Source: Gammaproteobacteria bacterium (GTDB lineage: Bacteria; Pseudomonadota; Gammaproteobacteria; Steroidobacterales; Foliamicaceae). From it: DNA of 64,000 bases. The DNA is taken from the NCBI GenBank assembly GCA_963665145.1, contig OY762064.1, positions 194,403 to 258,402 of the forward strand, given 5' to 3'. The position numbers were made by a program, and so were the translations under genes. Below are positions 60,979 through 64,000 of the stretch, piece by piece. Position 1 is the first letter of the stretch. Every line of letters starts with the position of its first letter. Below the pieces are notes generated by a model that saw only the letters and a list, made by a program, of their open reading frames with translations, searched no databases and had not been told where the DNA came from.

Positions 60979-62733
60979 CTAAGGGGACCGGACGGCATCC
61001 AGCACCATTCTCGCCATCAAGCCACCCATGCGCGGATCGTCATTGGGAGGGCTCCACATTGCCCAGGTTCCGCGGTATTGCCGCTGCACCGGCCCATCCG
61101 CCGACGGCTTGCCCCTGGCCGGGTCATAGCCGATATGCCCGTAGGCCGGTATGTCGTAACCCAGTGACGGGTCCATATCGTTTCGGCGCCGGTCAGGGGG
61201 TGTCTGGCGCTCAGGCGGATAGTTCCTTCCGTCCGCACAGCCGCCGAGTTCCAGGCAGCAGGCCACTTCGGCCTCTCCGTCCCTGCACTGGGTGTTTACC
61301 CAGATGCCCCAGTAGTCGGCGAACGGATGGCCGGCGCCGGGATATCGAACGTAGTCCCCGTCGTCGTAGTACAGCCAGCTGCGGTAGCCGATCTCCTTGC
61401 CGATCTGATTGGGCACTTCAACCAGGTTCAACACCGAGTCGGCGACGATTTGAGGGAACGCGACCACGATGTGCTGAACGCCTTCTTCCTTGAGGTATTC
61501 GAGCGCTTCCCAGTATCGATAACCCCATTTACCCGAAGGGTGTACGCCAGGCTGTTCGTAGAGCGCTGCATATCCAAGGTTCTCGCCCCGCATTGGCCTG
61601 CTGCGTTCATAGCGTCCAGCCGGTGATTCCGGCAGCAGTTCATTCACGACCATGTCGCCGGCCCAGGCGCTGACAATCCGGCGTTGCCTGAGTTCCGGAT
61701 ACAGGCGCAGCAATTCGAGTTCAATCGTGCGATGCAGCGTCAGCGTATCGTCGATCTTGGGGTCAAAGTACTCGTCGTAGCGCCGCAAGGCGTGGCCCAG
61801 CAGAACGATGCCGATGTCCGCTTCGCCCACCTGTGGATTGAATCGCCGGGCGATGCCTTCCGCGTGCAGCAGGGCCAGTTGCGGGGACTGCACAACCGGG
61901 TTGGGACGTTCTGCGATGGCCACACTGCGATCAGCGGCCGGCGGTCCCAGCGAACGTGTCCATCCGGCCGGCTCCACCGGGTAGGAGTCCCGCATCAGGT
62001 CTCGGGGATCATTCAACCAGCGAAGGGAAACGGGTTCAGCGCCTTCTACTGCCTCGGCGTCCAGTCTCCGGCGCAGTGTCCGAATCACGTCGTGTGTCTT
62101 GGAAAACCTCGCGCCCCCCACAGTCATGTCGATCGCAATGATCTCCGTCACTCCCTGATCCAGCAGCCGTGGTATCGGTCCATCGACGTTGTGTCTCTGT
62201 GGATCACAGTCCTCCCACGGCGCGTCCGGAGGCCCGCACCAGGTCAGGGCTTGACCCTGTTCGCTGCCCGGGCCGTAGACGAGTCGCGGCCAGGGATGGT
62301 GCTTGGGATTCGCAGCCATCCAGGACGCCATGTCCACCACGAACCGTACGCCGAGGTCCTTCGAGTGGGCCTCAAGTTCCTCTTCCAGGCTCAGCATCTG
62401 CGAACGGGTAATGCGATAGAAGGGGCTGGGGCCGCCGATGCGCTCATATTCGAATCCGTACTTGAGCCCTTCTTTGGGTCCGTTGCCGAACTGCATGAAC
62501 CGGGGCCAGATGCGCGGGTCCCAGAGAACTCGCTGATATACGGCGCTGTTGTGATCGTAGGAGAACAGCTGTGCGGCAGTGTCGAACGCCCCCCTCTCGC
62601 TCCAATCTTCGGCGCCGCCATGTATAACGAACAGCACCCCGATCACGCGCTCGGGTGTGTCTGAACGAGCGTCTGCGCCCAGGCACAGGAGAATTGACAG
62701 CCCGCAGGCAAGCAATCCGCTTCTTGCAGACAC
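60979..62733 (-). CDS. exported hypothetical protein with ferrochelatase/CbiX-like sequence features
   Basis: 584 aa with signal 'LLACGLSILLCLGADA'. 'VIGVLFVIHGG' and 'HIVVAFPQIVADSVLNLVEVPNQIGKEIGY' resemble the two lobes of class II chelatases. Cys-rich C-terminal region. The functional call is weak. Confidence 0.55.
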   Translation of the reverse strand: MSARSGLLACGLSILLCLGADARSDTPERVIGVLFVIHGGAEDWSERGAFDTAAQLFSYDHNSAVYQRVLWDPRIWPRFMQFGNGPKEGLKYGFEYERIGGPSPFYRITRSQMLSLEEELEAHSKDLGVRFVVDMASWMAANPKHHPWPRLVYGPGSEQGQALTWCGPPDAPWEDCDPQRHNVDGPIPRLLDQGVTEIIAIDMTVGGARFSKTHDVIRTLRRRLDAEAVEGAEPVSLRWLNDPRDLMRDSYPVEPAGWTRSLGPPAADRSVAIAERPNPVVQSPQLALLHAEGIARRFNPQVGEADIGIVLLGHALRRYDEYFDPKIDDTLTLHRTIELELLRLYPELRQRRIVSAWAGDMVVNELLPESPAGRYERSRPMRGENLGYAALYEQPGVHPSGKWGYRYWEALEYLKEEGVQHIVVAFPQIVADSVLNLVEVPNQIGKEIGYRSWLYYDDGDYVRYPGAGHPFADYWGIWVNTQCRDGEAEVACCLELGGCADGRNYPPERQTPPDRRRNDMDPSLGYDIPAYGHIGYDPARGKPSADGPVQRQYRGTWAMWSPPNDDPRMGGLMARMVLDAVRSP

Positions 62734-62745
62734 GGCGCTTCAGCC

Positions 62746-64000
62746 TCAGGACGCGTCGAGGCCCAGGGCCCCGGGATTCATGAGGTTGTCGGGATCCACT
62801 GTGCCCTTGACGGCGCGCAGCAGGCGCTCCGCTTCGGGAAGGCGCCCGCGCAGGTAGGGATAGGTCTTGCCGACTTGCAGGTGGCTTGCTCCAACCTGCC
62901 AGAAGATATCCAGGATACGCTGGCGCAGTTCTTCCACCAGCGCCCGCCCCTGGGGGTTTTCTTCGTGTTCCGGCAGAGTCGCCAGGTAGTCCTTGGGCAT
63001 GAATCGCTTATGGAAAACCGTCTGGCTGTCCTCCCAATAAAACACCGGTTCGTAAAGGAAAGCATTGGAATTGATGGTCATGAACATGGCGCCCTTGTCC
63101 ACCCGCAACTCCTTCATGCGCTCGGCGTTTTCCTCGTACATGGCCATCAGCCGACGCCGAAACTCCCCCACCTTGGAAAAGGCCATGATTCCGTGCAGCG
63201 GCACCCATCTTTCTCCCTTGACTCCCAGGACGGAATACATCGGAATGAATGGCATTGAGCGCAATACGGTGGGCACGGTATTGGCTATTTCGGTACCGTG
63301 CGGCCGCATGGTTTCACGCACCAGTTTCAGTTTGGACTTGATTTCGCTGGCGCCGTGCCCTTCCACGACGTAGTGTGCGGAATGACTGAAACCGGAAAAG
63401 AACCGCTTGCCGGCGAGCGCCATCCGAGTCAGACGGCTGACTGCTTCCACCGGGTTGCTGGAATCCCGGGCCACGTTCCACACGGCGCGGGCCGCATCGG
63501 CGGTGTCGGTCTTGGTGAGTTGGCCCTGCTGCAGCTTCGGATCCAGGCCGTAGTTGTCGGCAACCACCCCGAGCCGCGCTACCGCGGACATGCCGGCGGA
63601 CATGCCCTCGAAGGTGTCGAAGCCGAAGGACGCCGTGCCGGTGCGGGTCGGGCGCCTGATCAGCCTCAAGGTTATCCGCCCCTTGATGCCCATCGCTCCG
63701 GTATCTCCGGTGAACAGCCCCGTCAGGTCCGGCCCGTACCAGCGGAAGAAGGGTTGGGAAGTGCTGATGGCCGCAGAGCCGGTTCGCAGCAGTTCTCCGT
63801 TGCCCAGTACTACGTCAAAGGAAAGCACCGATTCTGCGGATAGTCCGTAGGTTCCGGACCCCATGCTCGCGGAGTTTTGCGAGGTCGAACCGCCTACCGT
63901 TGCCTTGAGGCCCGAGAAAGGTCCCCAGAACGGCGTGCGGACCTTTTCCTTGGCCAGCGCGGCGTTGAGCCGTTCCCAGGTGACCGCGGGCTCCACGGTC
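62746..64000 (-). CDS. FAD-linked oxidase (GlcD/vanillyl-alcohol-oxidase fold), N-terminus beyond window
   Basis: The ORF runs to the window edge. 'EPAVTWERLNAAL...GGSTSQNSASMGSGTYG...SFDVVLGNGELL' is the end of a FAD_binding_4 domain, and a C-terminal cap domain follows. The called GTG at 63996 is probably internal. Confidence 0.75.
   Translation of the reverse strand, partial: TVEPAVTWERLNAALAKEKVRTPFWGPFSGLKATVGGSTSQNSASMGSGTYGLSAESVLSFDVVLGNGELLRTGSAAISTSQPFFRWYGPDLTGLFTGDTGAMGIKGRITLRLIRRPTRTGTASFGFDTFEGMSAGMSAVARLGVVADNYGLDPKLQQGQLTKTDTADAARAVWNVARDSSNPVEAVSRLTRMALAGKRFFSGFSHSAHYVVEGHGASEIKSKLKLVRETMRPHGTEIANTVPTVLRSMPFIPMYSVLGVKGERWVPLHGIMAFSKVGEFRRRLMAMYEENAERMKELRVDKGAMFMTINSNAFLYEPVFYWEDSQTVFHKRFMPKDYLATLPEHEENPQGRALVEELRQRILDIFWQVGASHLQVGKTYPYLRGRLPEAERLLRAVKGTVDPDNLMNPGALGLDAS

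Noticed and set aside
1-64000. Search for rRNA, tRNA, CRISPR arrays, IS elements, integrases, toxin-antitoxin pairs or known phage-defence genes
   Set aside because: I saw no cloverleaf-like or rRNA-like conserved stretches, no regularly spaced direct repeats, and no transposase, integrase or recognisable defence-protein motifs. Intergenic space is too small to hide such features, except 34182-34929, which is discussed above.

Overview
This 64-kb window is a high-G+C, almost fully coding bacterial chromosome segment. Its gene content (two TonB-dependent receptors, an ABC-2 exporter with twin large permeases, many exported hydrolases, uronate genes) suggests an aquatic or marine Gammaproteobacterium, but that is only an inference. 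I call 51 CDS. Two are cut by the window edges, and the first is missing from the supplied ORF track because it has no stop inside the window. I also call one decayed gene remnant, a REP-like palindromic element present three times, and two candidate sigma70 promoters. I saw no rRNA, tRNA, CRISPR array, transposase, integrase or phage genes. Layout: AddA/AddB-type helicase-nuclease pair (1-5007, -); FadH-like flavoenzyme (5017-6990, +); an eight-gene minus-strand operon etfB-etfA-sseA-lipoprotein-small barrel-MaoC-two hypotheticals (12807-7028); a redox-stress operon peroxiredoxin/YncB-like/DUF924 (16397-14339). The most unusual feature, and my best candidate for an undescribed system, is the tightly coupled minus-strand cluster 28935->17363. 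It runs ATCase-like paralog -> two penicillin-acylase-family (S45 Ntn) hydrolases -> signal-peptide-bearing M14 carboxypeptidase fused to an argininosuccinate-lyase-like domain -> TonB-dependent receptor. After it come a DRG/TGS-type GTPase with a deviant G3 motif; a monooxygenase/AKR/membrane-protein operon; an accessory block (33.2-44.6 kb) with two interleaved pairs of alpha/beta-hydrolase paralogs (one pair has His at the nucleophile elbow), FAD and Gfo/Idh/MocA oxidoreductases, a GPH transporter and a PhyH dioxygenase; an ABC-2 exporter; a clearly lower-G+C uronate/polysaccharide island (48.4-56.2 kb: beta-helix enzyme, TBDR, FAH-family hydratase, LacI, KduI); and a terminal group of exported proteins of unknown function (two DUF1838-like, one chelatase-like). 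All functional calls rest on motif recognition by eye. No database search was possible.
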